A DNA stretch of 64,000 nt from Fistulifera solaris (taxonomy: Eukaryota). Numbering within the stretch: the first letter of the stretch is position 1; each line of letters opens with the position of its first letter. Made by a program: the position numbers and the translations under genes. The notes under the pieces were generated by a model. That model made no database searches and was not told the DNA's origin. It was given only the letters and a program-made list of their open reading frames with translations. Shown piece by piece: positions 24,515 through 36,688 of this stretch. The stretch spans positions 434,001-498,000 of the forward strand of contig AP026124.1 of NCBI GenBank assembly GCA_030295235.1. Direction: 5' to 3'.

Positions 24515-26203
24515 TTAATTTTGTCCTTGCTTTTCTAACCACTTTCGCGCGATGGCTTCGCGTAGCTTCTCTTCCTGCCTTATTCTTTTGTTCCGCTGAA
24601 ACTTTCTCCAGTAAGAGCCATCATCGTTGGGATGGACCACCTCAATGCTCTTCGTCTCCTCGTTTACCAAAACAAGCGCTGTTCCATTTTCTACAACCAT
24701 GACGGTGCGACCGCCCAACGATTTTTGATTGACGACTATTCCCAGCGGCGACAAAGTTTCGGCGTCATACTCCACTAACTGTCCTTGATGTAGCCCAATC
24801 ACTTTACCATCCGCCATGTGCCACCAGCAAACCTTTGAATTGACGGACGCAGCATCGGCGATCGAACCATCCGGCGTCTCGAGGTAGCATCTGTAGAAAA
24901 AAATCGTTTAGTCAGCGTGCGTTATAAATCCGTCGCATAAAACAGTTTTCTCTGCGCTTACCCATCTTCTTCACGCGGAACTATGATTGTCACAATATCA
25001 CAGGACGTGAGCTCCAAACACAGAAATAAGAGAGAATTTCTCATCAATATACTCACCATATGCTTGAAACCAATTGTCGCGATCTGCCTCCTCAACCGGC
25101 TGATTCCATTTCATTTCGTCTGTTAGAAGATCTATTTCTACATCAACTCGAACATTGACATCTTCAGGCGTGCTCAGATGATGATTAATACTATAGATCC
25201 GCAAGCGTTGTTCATTTCCTTGTATCAATCTGGTTTGTCGACTCCCCTCTCGAGTGCTGGCAGGCCCCATGACTCCAACTTGAACAAATGTACACGATCC
25301 TACCTTCGAAATAGAATCCGGATAATCATGGGATAAATGAAAATGCCCCGAGAACCACAGTTTTATTTGTGGATTGTCTTTTATTGTCCGAATGAATACA
25401 TTCCGATTATCGGAGCAGTGATTTAACCAAGCACAACCGTTCGTGACGTGCACGTTTTGCAGAACTCGCAAGCCACTCCCCATAATAGGAGCATGTGAAG
25501 CCACAAGAATCTTCCATCCCTCGGACGCCGGATGCTCCTGGACTGTTTGGACGAACCATTGTACTTGATCGTCGTCAATGTGGACTTCGTGCGAAGAATA
25601 TGGCGCATCACGGAAGCGAACAGTCGAGATTCCCATTAATACCGTCTTTTCACCGATGTAGCGCTTGAAGTATGGAGTTTCGAGGTGAAAGCAATCCATC
25701 CAAGCTTTTAGATTTTCTTCATCGGATGCAAACTCATCGAGTCCTTCCAAATCATGGTTCCCTGTCACCAGATTGTAGGGCATTTGAAAACCATCCAAAA
25801 ATTCCTTGGCCATTTGAAAGCTAAGAACCGTTCCAGCATCGCCCGGTTCGTGTCGAATATCTTTTCTACCCAAATCACCCAGTGATACCATGAACGTATT
25901 GAGCCAGTCTCCTTGCTGTTTGTACTTCCAAAGCAATTCCAGTTGATCGGAAGATAAATCCCCAGCACGAGTGTTTTGCAAGGAGTCAATCGTTTCTTTC
26001 ACCGACATGGAGGAAGGTGACATCAAAGATAGCTTCTGACACGCATTCTTGCAATCCTGTCTCGCTTGATAATGACTTGTCATATCATCTTCCATGTGCA
26101 AGTCTCCAAGCACCAGCAGATTCCATGTATCACGGATCCGCACCGACGGAGTGGCCAACGCGTGCGCAGTGTGCACACAAAAGAGGAACGCCAAGCAGCG
26201 CAT
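24515..26203 (-). CDS. Calcineurin-like metallophosphoesterase with signal peptide; introns 24981-25056 and 24891-24961
   Basis: GDLH, LGDLG, GNHD, SHAP, SGHFH. Splicing gives a continuous reading WFQAYVPREEDGCYLE...CWWHMADGK. Confidence 0.85.
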
Positions 26204-26960
26204 TGTATTGAGTCAACAGCGTCTCTTCCTTTGTAATCGAATATACTATTGAAAAACGAATAGTGGGCACCAGCAATAAGGCAGACGTTTATTTTAGTAG
26301 TAGTAGAATGCAAACGTGCGTGTCTTTTCGAGAATTGCCTCGTGACTGAAAATTCAGACCGGAATGCAGTCATGGTTTTTGCTCCTGAATTGACACTTCG
26401 ATCAATAGTAAAATGGAAACGAGCAAATGCCGCTAAAGCCTGGAGTTGTGTCTACGATAGGAAAAACTATTGTAGCTTATAACGCAGCAGAACTATCGAA
26501 GCTTATATATATAGAGTTCTAGCCAGGAAAATAGGCGACACTACAAATATACAAGGACTTGTAGTGGTCACTGAAAGACAAAAAAATCCTGAAGGCTGTT
26601 CGACGCAAAGAACTGATGCGCACCTTGCTACATGCTGCGAAAATAATTGGATAATATTCAAAAGAGTAATTGGAGCTCGACAGACTACAAGCTAAGAGAA
26701 AAGCGAACACTCCGGACTCCGGACGCGTAGTTTAGTTTAGTGAAAGTTCGCGACGATTTTTTCACTCGGTACAGTACCTGGATTAGGGGTCAAGATTTCA
26801 GTCCTTCCGCCCATCCGCGCATGCGCACCTTGACCCCGCATTTTGAAAAAAGCAATGCGACATGCGACGCATGCAGAAAGCAATAACGAACAAGAATTGT
26901 TTGAGAGACACGTGAGAATTCGTTTTACTTTATCAGCAAACCCTCGTCCTATACATCAAA

Positions 26961-28513
26961 ATGAGCTCTTCCGTTTCTTTAAATGGAAACGGTAGTAGCC
27001 ATCATGCCGACTTTGGCAAAGCAATACTTGCTACGGAAGGCTGGCTCGAGCTTTTTCTCACACCCGCCGAGAAGTACAACTTTAGCAAGTGGAATGAGGT
27101 CGTCAAGGACAAGTCATTGGTGCATTCGTTTACGCGTAAACTCTTTGAATACCTTGCAAAGTATCTTCCCGATAATTTGGCGCCGACCTTGCTGACATTT
27201 TCGGGACTCGTCTGCCTTAGTCAAACTTGGTATTTGGCTTACACGTATCAACACATTCATCCGACTGCTTCAACGTGGTTTTCTATGATTGGTATTACGA
27301 TATTCTTCGTCATTAGTTCCCTCTACGGTCCTCATGCTGATCTTATGCGACAGCATACGTCTCTCTCGGATCTCTTCAAGTACGCTTGCGATTCGGCGAG
27401 TGCCGTGTTTCTCACTTTATTGACCGTGCAATCGTTAGGAGGAGACACCTTAGAATTGCAATGGTATGCCGTGCAAGCGGTGCAGCTCGTCTTGTTTTTG
27501 AAGCACCTATCGGCGTTTCGGCGAAAAGCGGGATTGCGGTATCATTTGGGGGCTGGGCCGGGTGAGGTTTTGGTTACTTGTGTCGGTTGCTTGGCCTTGC
27601 GAGCTATTTTTGGCCTCTCGCTTCTCAAGGAAATCGTCGGTACAATATGGGATGCGTACAGTCCACTGCAATTGACGGGAAACGAGTGCATGCGCATTCT
27701 TTATTACGGTCTTCTTGTCAGTAGCCTGATCAATTCGTACTTTCTGAAAAGCGGCTGGACCAAATTCGGACTCTTGACGAGTCTCAGTATGCGATTGATT
27801 CCCGCCTTGCTACTCCATTTCGGTATGGAGCCTTCCCCTTGACGACAGCGGATGTGATCTGCGACGGTCTCTTCATGTCGGTCCTTACTACCGATATCGC
27901 GTTAGCGAAAATGGCGGGTCGTGAATTGCATCCTTGGGTCGTGCTCATGAGTTTGGCAGCCGTGCTCAGTCATAGCATCATCTTGACTCTCGTGTCCATC
28001 TACTTTGTCGGTGTCTTTTCCGATCTTTGCTTTTACTTGAACTTGCCGTTGCTCACGGTTTGCCGCAATGTATACTGCGACGGAGTCTACGACCTTTGCC
28101 ACATTGGGCACAAGCGGGCCTTTCAAAACGCTCTACAACTAGGGAACCGACTGTTTGTGGGTGTGGTCGGCGATAAAGATGCTTCGGAGTATAAGAGACC
28201 GCCGATTATGAGTGCGAAGGAACGATGCGCCGAAGTTGAGGCATGCAAAGCTGTAACAAAAGTGATACCAGATGCTCCTTGCTTTGGCCTTACACAAGAA
28301 TTCTTAGATGAACACCAGATTCACGTGGTCGCCTTTGGTGAGGAGTATCTCGAAAAATACCCCGATCCAAAAGATGATCCGTACTATGGGTATGTTCGAC
28401 AGATTGGAATTGGTGTCCCGGTGCCTCGAACTCATGCTCTGAGTACTTCGGATTTGATCGCAAGAATCCAGAAGATCTCCGCGGATTCCCTCAAGAAGAA
28501 ATCACCAACCTAG
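26961..28513 (+). CDS. CDP-alcohol phosphotransferase-like membrane domain fused to HxGH cytidylyltransferase; frameshift ~27835
   Basis: LPDNLAPTLLT (CEPT-type LAPNxIT), degenerate CDP-AP motif, many TM helices; C-terminal YCDGVYDLCHIGH, YKRPPIM, RTHALSTSDLI. Confidence 0.8.
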
Positions 28514-28935
28514 GCAATTTTTTTGGAACAAAGACTTGTTGCTGACTAAAGAACACGAAAAGGACAAGACGCTAGCGTAATATTCCTCTTGACGCTGCAT
28601 CGTCAGACGCAGCGCTGTGAAAACTACTTTTTTGTCGAGAACAAATACGTAGAATCAAATCTAATAAACATCACGATTTTGGAAGCTTGATTTAAGGGAG
28701 ATCGCAGTCATCGTAATTCGAGTTCGCCATCGAACGAACATAAAAACAAACGTCAAGCCCTCAAGTATTCCAAGCACAGTTCTGGCTTTCCAAACACAAA
28801 TATCAAAACAAGCAAATCCAACAGACTATTTTAAGCTAATTGATGCATGTTGTTTTTATCTTGCAATATCGAGACGATACAAAACAATCAGGTTCCAATC
28901 GAGCATTGGTTCAATTCTGTAAATAAGCCGATCGT

Positions 28936-29139
28936 TTATTTCATCTTATCGGCATTGCTGTTAGGTCCCACTCGCTTTCCACCCATTCCGGTGGCAACAT
29001 TGACGTATCGTCGGTTGTATTGAAGGCGCTTCTTGGCGCGTCCTCGAGGCAATACCTTCTTATCCTCCTGCTTCTCAACCTTTGGGGTTTGTCCCTTTAC
29101 TTTACCAGCGCGAGCCAACGAACCGTGAACCTTTCCCAT
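28936..29139 (-). CDS. RPS30: 40S ribosomal protein eS30 (no ubiquitin-like leader)
   Basis: [21 protein letters not shown]...RLQYNRR...GPNS. Confidence 0.97.
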   Translation of the reverse strand: MGKVHGSLARAGKVKGQTPKVEKQEDKKVLPRGRAKKRLQYNRRYVNVATGMGGKRVGPNSNADKMK

Positions 29140-29710
29140 TTTGAATTATTTATTCAAATCACAACTATAAATGAAGCAGAAATGAAACGAAACAGCCAAT
29201 CGTGAGACAGAAGATTCACAAACAAAGTTGCACCGCGACAAAAAAAGCTATTTCGTTCGACTGTCTTTCCCGTAACCCGCGCTGCCCCACTTAAACAGCT
29301 AGTCTCATCTACACGACGGATTGCTCAACTTAACAGGCTCACGAGGACTCCAGTCGTCATGGTTGCTTACCTTCAGCTTTTTACCTTGCAACTTATACAG
29401 TTTTTCGCTGCTGCAATGGATTGCGGGACGTTTTAGTAACAGCGGTAAATCGCTACCGTCTTTCATTCGTCCGCAAATCGCTACGAAAACCGCTACGATG
29501 CGAATGCCTTGATATTTCCCTAAACCTTACTACTACTTACCAGTACCAGTACCAGGTACTTTATGTACCAACAAAACGCACTGGCATCCCATTGATTACA
29601 CAATGCAAAACACTCCTTCATCAAAACTTGTCTGCGTTGATTGTTGATAAATATATCCAAGTAATCTTGTTAACAATTACTCGTTCATCCCTACTTTCTG
29701 ATAGAAAATA

Positions 29711-30028
29711 ATGGTGGTGCGCCTTCGCTTGCAAAGGTTCGGAAGAACACACTCGCCCTTTTATCGGATGGTGGCAGCCAACAACGAAGCACCGCGCGAT
29801 GGGAAGTTTCTGGATATTGTTGGTACTTACAACCCTATTGCGAATCGCGATGGCGTCAAGGAAATTCGACTAAAAACAGATAGACTCAAGTACTGGCTCT
29901 CGGTTGGTGCACAGCCCAGTGATCGAGTGTCTTGGATTTTAGGAAAATTTGGAATATTGCCTCCGCCACCGAAGAAATTCAGTCCACAAAAGATGGTTCC
30001 CAAGTCAGAACGCGAAAAGAAAAAGTAA
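29711..30028 (+). CDS. MRPS16: Organellar ribosomal protein bS16, probably mitochondrial
   Basis: MVVRLRLQRFG..PFYR..RDGKF..GTYNP..YWLSVGAQPSDRV; Pro-rich tail; no plastid bipartite signal. Confidence 0.9.
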   Translation: MVVRLRLQRFGRTHSPFYRMVAANNEAPRDGKFLDIVGTYNPIANRDGVKEIRLKTDRLKYWLSVGAQPSDRVSWILGKFGILPPPPKKFSPQKMVPKSEREKKK

Positions 30029-30079
30029 TACTAAAAATAGCCTAGCGGATTTGTTTATAATTTTGTTGTTCTTGCTCGA

Positions 30080-31638
30080 TCATGATGATGATGGTGCCGT
30101 TTCTTCACACGGACTGATCGTTCCGCAAACCGGACAGCGGACAACTTGATATCGACTCGAGATTTGCAGCCTCTGACAGCAAGCTTGACAGCTAACAACC
30201 TGAATTGGAAAATGAGGGAAGGTCCAACTGTACCAAGCTGTGAAGAGTTCTGTATCCTCGGGGAATAGCTGTCCTGCACCTTTCGAACCACTCGAATCAG
30301 CACCAACATTGTTAGCAGTTTTATCGGGTGCATGACCTTTGTGAAGAGCCTCTCGAGCGGTAGTTTCAGCAAATGCATCTAATTTTGGAAGGTGACTTTC
30401 GAAGTGTTTTGTAGAATCACCTACGTCACTTTCGTCAATCAAGCTCATTCTCGCGCCCTCCCTGCGACTTTCGTTGTGACTTCGATGAGAGCCTTGGAAA
30501 ACTCTGCCTGAATCAGTAGTATTCTTACTGCCTTCATGTGTATTCAAATACTGATCGCCGGTAAAGTTGTTGCCGTGTAATCCGGTGCCTACTGATTGGT
30601 CATTGTTGAGTGGTATTCTTCCGTCAGAATCAAATGACGATCGAGCTGAGTGATTACCACAATCCACGCCGAATGGTTGAAACGATAAAGTTACGTCCAA
30701 CGTAGCTTCGCGTGGTGGTATTAGGTTTTCCTGATTGGTCCTTCTGATTGCGGGTGGCTGAAATTCGGTGTTCTTTTCAATAATTGCGTTGCTTTGATGA
30801 TTCGCGGAACGAAAAGTTGTGAGGTTCCGTTCTTCTTCAAAATTGCGCATTTGTCCTCGATAACGATCATTTCGCAATTCGTCGTCATCATCATGTGTAA
30901 GCGATGGTGTACCAGATATTTGACTCAATAAAATCATTTGTTCGCTGTCGAACTGTTTATGGAAGCGACGGGATACGGACCAAGATCCATTCAGCACGTC
31001 ATGCAGTTGCCTCGCCAGTATTTCATCGGTGTCCTGATCTGAATGTTGACTCTTGGATTCGCCTTTTCACTTTCCAAAAGTATATTTATTATTTCCGCTG
31101 TGGTTTGTGCAGCAAGCTCTGTTGGAAGAATGAACTCATTCTCTACGGTTCCATCGAATGGCGACCTATTGCATCTGCCCTGTTCTAAGTTCTGAAGAGG
31201 TTTCGCTGGGGTTGAATCCGATTTCGGGCTGGGCGGAAGCATATCGGAGTGCGACGAAGAATCCAGCAATGGTTTTCTTGAAAAGTAGTTCCTAGAGATG
31301 GGCTGCCTAAATACACCTTGTGGGTAGGCCGCTGGTTTTGCGTCGTCTGCTGAGTTCACTGAAATACTTCTAACAAGCTCACTGGTTTCTACATTGTCTT
31401 GTAGGCAGTTAATCAAAGACTGCGCTTCTTCGGCGTGTTCTTCTTGATATCGTTTCATCTCTTCATATAAAGATAAAGTTGGTTGGCGCGCTGCAGCTGC
31501 AGTGGGTGCTGGAATAGCATTCGCATTCGACGTTGACTCTATTTCCGACGTTCTAGCGATGAGCACTTCTGAGTTCTGCTGTTCCAGCTCTATCGGGTCT
31601 TCGCCTACGTCCATTTTTTTGCAGCAAGTGATACTCAT
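30080..31638 (-). CDS. Hypothetical low-complexity protein with C-terminal C-x2-C-x14-C-x2-C (LSD1-like) zinc finger; frameshift ~31065
   Basis: Two ORFs join by +1 A; CQACCQRLQISSRYQVVRCPVCG at the C-terminus. Confidence 0.65.
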
Positions 31639-32202
31639 TCAATGATAGGGAAACAAGGATATGGGAGGACGATTCGCTTTCCTTTCGCACTTAAACAGCA
31701 AAAGACATCAAGCTATAAGAAGAAAAAATAAAATAATCGTCATCATCAGCCGCCGTCGTTTTCCCCTTTATCATCAGCACACGGCTTGACTGCAACGCGG
31801 GGTGTACCTAAATGGTTCGTGCTTCAGTCTTTTACGACACAATCGTAATACCGGTAAGGCTTGATTTTACAATAGCTCACTACTGTACTTTAGCTGCGCT
31901 TTTGCCCTTTGGCGAGACGCTACGAAAGCGAACCTTTATAGTTCTAAAAAGTACTTGACACAGAATGCAGAACACTTCTTTTCAAGAATGAATGACCATG
32001 ACCGCCGACCAATCGGCAAGTTAAAAAAATGTGCCTTCGTCCTTCTTCGTCACAACATGATGAAAGAGAAAGATGCAACAAAGCCACTTGGAAGCCATTT
32101 GTCTATAACTAATAATCAGATTCTCGCACACAGCATTGAATCCTCTACACTGCAGACTAGCAGAAACTCATCACATTTGATTGTTTTTGCCCCATACACA
32201 TA

Positions 32203-33652
32203 ATGAGATTGAACCGAAATCTTCGCCGATTTTCACAACCACTGAGTATCATCAGTAAGTAGTAGGACCGGATTGAGAAATACATGTTTGTGCTTGACTC
32301 TCACGTTGTTATACATAGCTTGTACCGACAAATTGATCCAGAACGATCCTGGCTTTGTTGAATTATCACTAGAGCGATTAGGGGAAAACTTTGATTTGGA
32401 TGATTTTGTCTATGCCATCAAAGCGAATCAGACTGTCAAGCACGTCTGTTTCTCCGGTACATTTGTTCGCGAGCTGCAACCAGATCAGTGGAAAACAATG
32501 CTCGAGGCAGTGGGTCATCTATCGACTTTAGAAGAACTTCAAATTTGGTGTTCCACCATTCCGATTGGCGTCTTTCGCAAGACCATTGAGTGCGCCAAGG
32601 TACTCCGAAAAGTTTATTTCTTTCGGATCACCTTGTCAGGCACGCAAGCGGAATTTGATGAGTTTGCAGCAACTTTGAAAGATCATCCGAGTCTTCGCGA
32701 CTTTAGAATCGGCGGGTTCCAGACATCAGATGAAAACATCATTCTAGATTCGGTGGTAGAAGCATTCGCCGAAATGCCAGCACTCGAAGTCGTTAGTCTA
32801 CAGTTGACAGGCTTTCATGAGTCAGTCCCATTCTCAGGCAACTCGTTGGCCCGGCTTTTTCAGTCAGAGAGCTTGAGTGACCTCTACTTGTCGCGCCTTG
32901 GACTCGTCGCAGAGCATTTCGATGTTATAGTACGCGGAATGACCGAGAACGAGAATTTGCGTGTTCTTGATCTCTTTGGTAATAATATAAACAATGAGCA
33001 CGTTGTCTCTATGGCAGAGGCCCTGGCTCATAATACGGGACTCGAGACTCTTGTATTGCCTTGTCCCGCCGAAGATCTGAGTGTCGAGAGCTGCAAAGCT
33101 ATTTCACAAGCTTTGCAGGTAAACAAAACGCTGGTCACACTCAATCTACCCCGCAGTATACTTACTGACGAAGGATTGACACACATAGCTGAAGGACTCA
33201 CGGTGAACACAACGTTAAAGAAGATCGAAGTTGGTGTCAGCAAATCCATCGGCGGAAAGGGAACCGACGCGCTGGAAGAGATGTTAGAAAAGAATTATGA
33301 ACTGCAGCGGTTGGTTGTCTCGAGCGCCGAAAAGGGTGTGAAGGAAAAGGTTGAGTTTTATATGCGTCTGAATGAAGTAGGCCGAGGTTCTCTGCTTCGA
33401 GACGGAAAGGCTACAAGGGAACAATGGGTTGAGATGCTCTCCACTGTAACCAACGATCTGGACTGTCTCTTTTACTTCATATCAATGAATCCTGCTTTAT
33501 GCCAGTTTGCTAACACACAGGGCGCCGATGTGATTGTCACGGAAGAGTTTAGACCCAAGCGACGACACACGATCGAGCTTGGCAACTACAACTCTGTGGA
33601 AGATGAAGCCAACAAATTGAAAGCCAAGCCTAGAAGAGCGTCTGCATTCTAA
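32203..33652 (+). CDS. RNI-like leucine-rich repeat protein; intron 32255-32318
   Basis: LRVLDLFGNNI, ALAHNTGLETL, ALQVNKTLVTLNL; terminal FYMRLNEVGR..LDCLFYFISMNP; clean GTAAGT..TAG intron. Confidence 0.85.
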
Positions 33653-33766
33653 ACTACAACAGTACATAAAGGATGCACAACTGATTCAAATATTTACGGC
33701 TCTGTCATGATGCATTCCATAATGAAAAGATTAATTTACGACATCACAGTCTTATTTTACTAAATT

Positions 33767-35538
33767 TTATCCACTACTCTCCTTAGTGAAACGTAGTCCA
33801 TTGGCATCTTCGAAGACACCAAGAACCCGTGCACTATCGGCCCAATATTTTTGCCTCCACCAGCCGATGATTTTCTTTCGCGCAATTGACAGAGCTCATC
33901 TTTGATCGAAGACGGGATACTTTTACAATGATCGCAAAGATGACCGCTTGCTAAACTTTGGGCTGCTTGATACAGTCCTGTAGTTGTGCTTGGATAGTAC
34001 GTAGAACCGCGAGAGCGCAAATGAAGTGCCAAGTGGCTGCAGTGTCGGCATCGGATACCTACTTGTCCAAGTACTATCGGACGATTTCTACCTTGCGCAT
34101 TGGTGTTGACGTCTTCTTGAGAAGCTTCAAAAGCTCAATTTGCAATCTGACTAAGCACTGGTACGGAGAAAGCATGTCTTTGTCGCAGCGCATCGCGAGA
34201 ATTACACTGCTTCGTCCTGTCAGCGGCAATTCAGTAATGTCCTCTTGGTTTTTTGATTCAGTTTCATTACCTTGAGCGGGGGGTCCATGCATACTTTGTT
34301 GGGCTGTAGTCGGATCACTCTTTGAATCTCCCAAGTCATCTCGAATCATCGACGATGATTGCCTTGAAGCTTGACGAAGAAGTTCAGTAAGCAAACGCTC
34401 CATATCCGAGTTTTGTCGCATGGACGTGCTTGAAGAGGAAGGATGCGTAGATTCGCCGTGGTTGCTGTTTCGGGACTGGCTTTGAGATGAATTGACTGAG
34501 TAGCCGTTCGTTCCAATAACTCCTGGAGTCGACAACTGCGGAAGTAACTCCAGGACACCAATGTTACTTGGCTGATAACTACTTGTATTTAACGAGGCTT
34601 GACCAAATGTCCCATGTACCCCATGATTTGGTGGGCCATATTCGTTTTGTACTACACTGTGTCCAGGTGATGGACGTGCTCCTTGAGTCATTGTGGCTAA
34701 CAAGTGGGATAGACTGGGCAATTCACTAGTAATCGAAGGAGCCGCCGCACTGCGTCCGTTTCTCATCGGATGCAGATCTGTTGAAGTGTTATGAAGTCGG
34801 TCTTGAACCAATCTTGATGATGCTTGAGTTAGAAGAGACATAAATGAATCATGGTTAGGAAGAGAGTTGCTTGGCGAAACATAGCCAGCGCTCTCGTGGA
34901 TGGTTGGTGCACGATTCGTGACCGACAACCGTTGATTTGGTTTATTCTGCAGATATGTGGGATCAGTCTGATTCAGTGCAGAGAGATTATGTAACGCATT
35001 GATGATATTTTGTATCAAAGACAAATTTTCGTTGTTTGGAAGGGGTTGCAGTGGGGACCGTCTGCGTTTGCAACGAACCACCGTTTTGGCTGGCTGAAGG
35101 GAGGCTTGAATCAACGGAAGCAGGGCCATTTTTCTTATTTTTAATGCGAAGCATAGATGCACTTAGATCAGTTAACTGATTTCTTTCTCCCGTATTCCGA
35201 TCCTGGTGCTCGCTTCGCGAAAAGGTGCGAAGAGTATGATCAACGGGTAGCTGAGTCGCCATGCATCGCAACACCAAATGAAGAAGCAACTGTGTAGGAG
35301 TAGGTGGTGGCACAAAGCTTTGGAGCGGGCCCAAAGAAAGTTGAGAACGTAAACCTTGCGATGAATGTTCCGCGTTTACCGAAGCAGGTTCAGGGCCCTC
35401 GAGGTCATAGCGCGTTCTTCTATGTTTCGGTTCGCTATCGCTTTCGTTTCCAATCGAAAAAGATCTAGAACAAAGTTGGTTACCATTTTGGGACGTATTG
35501 ATGCTTTTATTTGGTCTTTTCTTGCGCTGGTTGTTCAT
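33767..35538 (-). CDS. Hypothetical protein: disordered N-terminus plus Cys/His-containing C-terminal domain; frameshifts ~35042, ~34130, ~33850
   Basis: Repaired C-terminus LSPYQCLVRLQIELFEA..GRNRPIVLGQVGIRCRHC..STYYP..LYQAAQ..HLCDHC..GGGKKYWADSARVLG. Confidence 0.72.
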
Positions 35539-36688
35539 TGTGAAAATGTCGTTGAATGTTGTGTGTGACAAATATTTAGCCGATTTCGTTTTGCGAAAGC
35601 AATTGGGGTTGTTGTCATGGTACCTGGTATTGTGGTGTCATAAAATAAAAATCCATGGGCCGTGCTTCTGAGCATGCAATCTGAAATGAAGTGCTGGATG
35701 TATTCTATTGATATGATTGGTCAAGCCCGCCTCACCGAAATACGTACTTGGCAGAAAACGACATGCGGGCGTTCCATTCCGAGGTTCCATGCTTCAATTT
35801 TTCTGAGGGTGATCATTCGAAGTTCAAAATACACGATGAATTCCTACTCAGTCACATGTTAGCAGAAAGAAACAGATGGGGTCACTTTCTTTTCGTTTGT
35901 GCATCATCATTCCGAAATGCCCTTTCTTTATGACACGAAACTCGTGACTAAGATAATCGGGATGCCAGCATGTGCCAACTTTTCTCAAGGTGCAAACTTT
36001 GTCATTACCTTAGCGGGGATAGCCTTTTCCTACTTGCACTAATAGCAAATAGCGGTCTCAATGTCTCAATGTGACCTATTAGGCATGAACTCAACAAGAA
36101 ACAAGTCGTTTTACCGTTTTACCCCACGGTCGCAGAACACAGGCACAGCAGCGGCGCAGCATACAAAGTAACGAAAACTCTGTACTCTCTCTAGAGAGTA
36201 GCTGTTCGACGAGACGGATGCGAAATGCGAAGGTCGAACGACAAGAAAAACGTTCAAGTTGCACTGTACAATGTACTTTGTACTCACGTACTACTACTAC
36301 TACGAACTGCGATACTCCGCGTTATCGAAAGCCTCAACCTTTTCCTGGAGATGACTCCTCCTCTCCTCCCTCACCATCATAAATAATCATACTTTGTAAT
36401 AATATCACCTCCTCGACCCTCGACACTCTGTACTTTTCCCAGGTAATATTAACATGGTACGGTACCTAATCCGGTTAACCAGCACATACCGGTACCGGTA
36501 CCAGTATCCGTAACGTTAATGAAGATACAAACGTACCGGTAGCAGGTATTATCCGAAAAAGATTTTCAGTGAACATCTTCGTCATTTTTCGCGTACCTGG
36601 TACGCTACTTCATTCATGCATCCTTGCATCGCTGATCGAACCTCTACAAATTCATTATTTATACTTTCTCCTTCGTTGTATATTAGTT

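Noticed and set aside
35600..36430. Possible ncRNA or tRNA in the long intergenic region
   Set aside because: No cloverleaf, A/B boxes or snRNA signatures found by eye.
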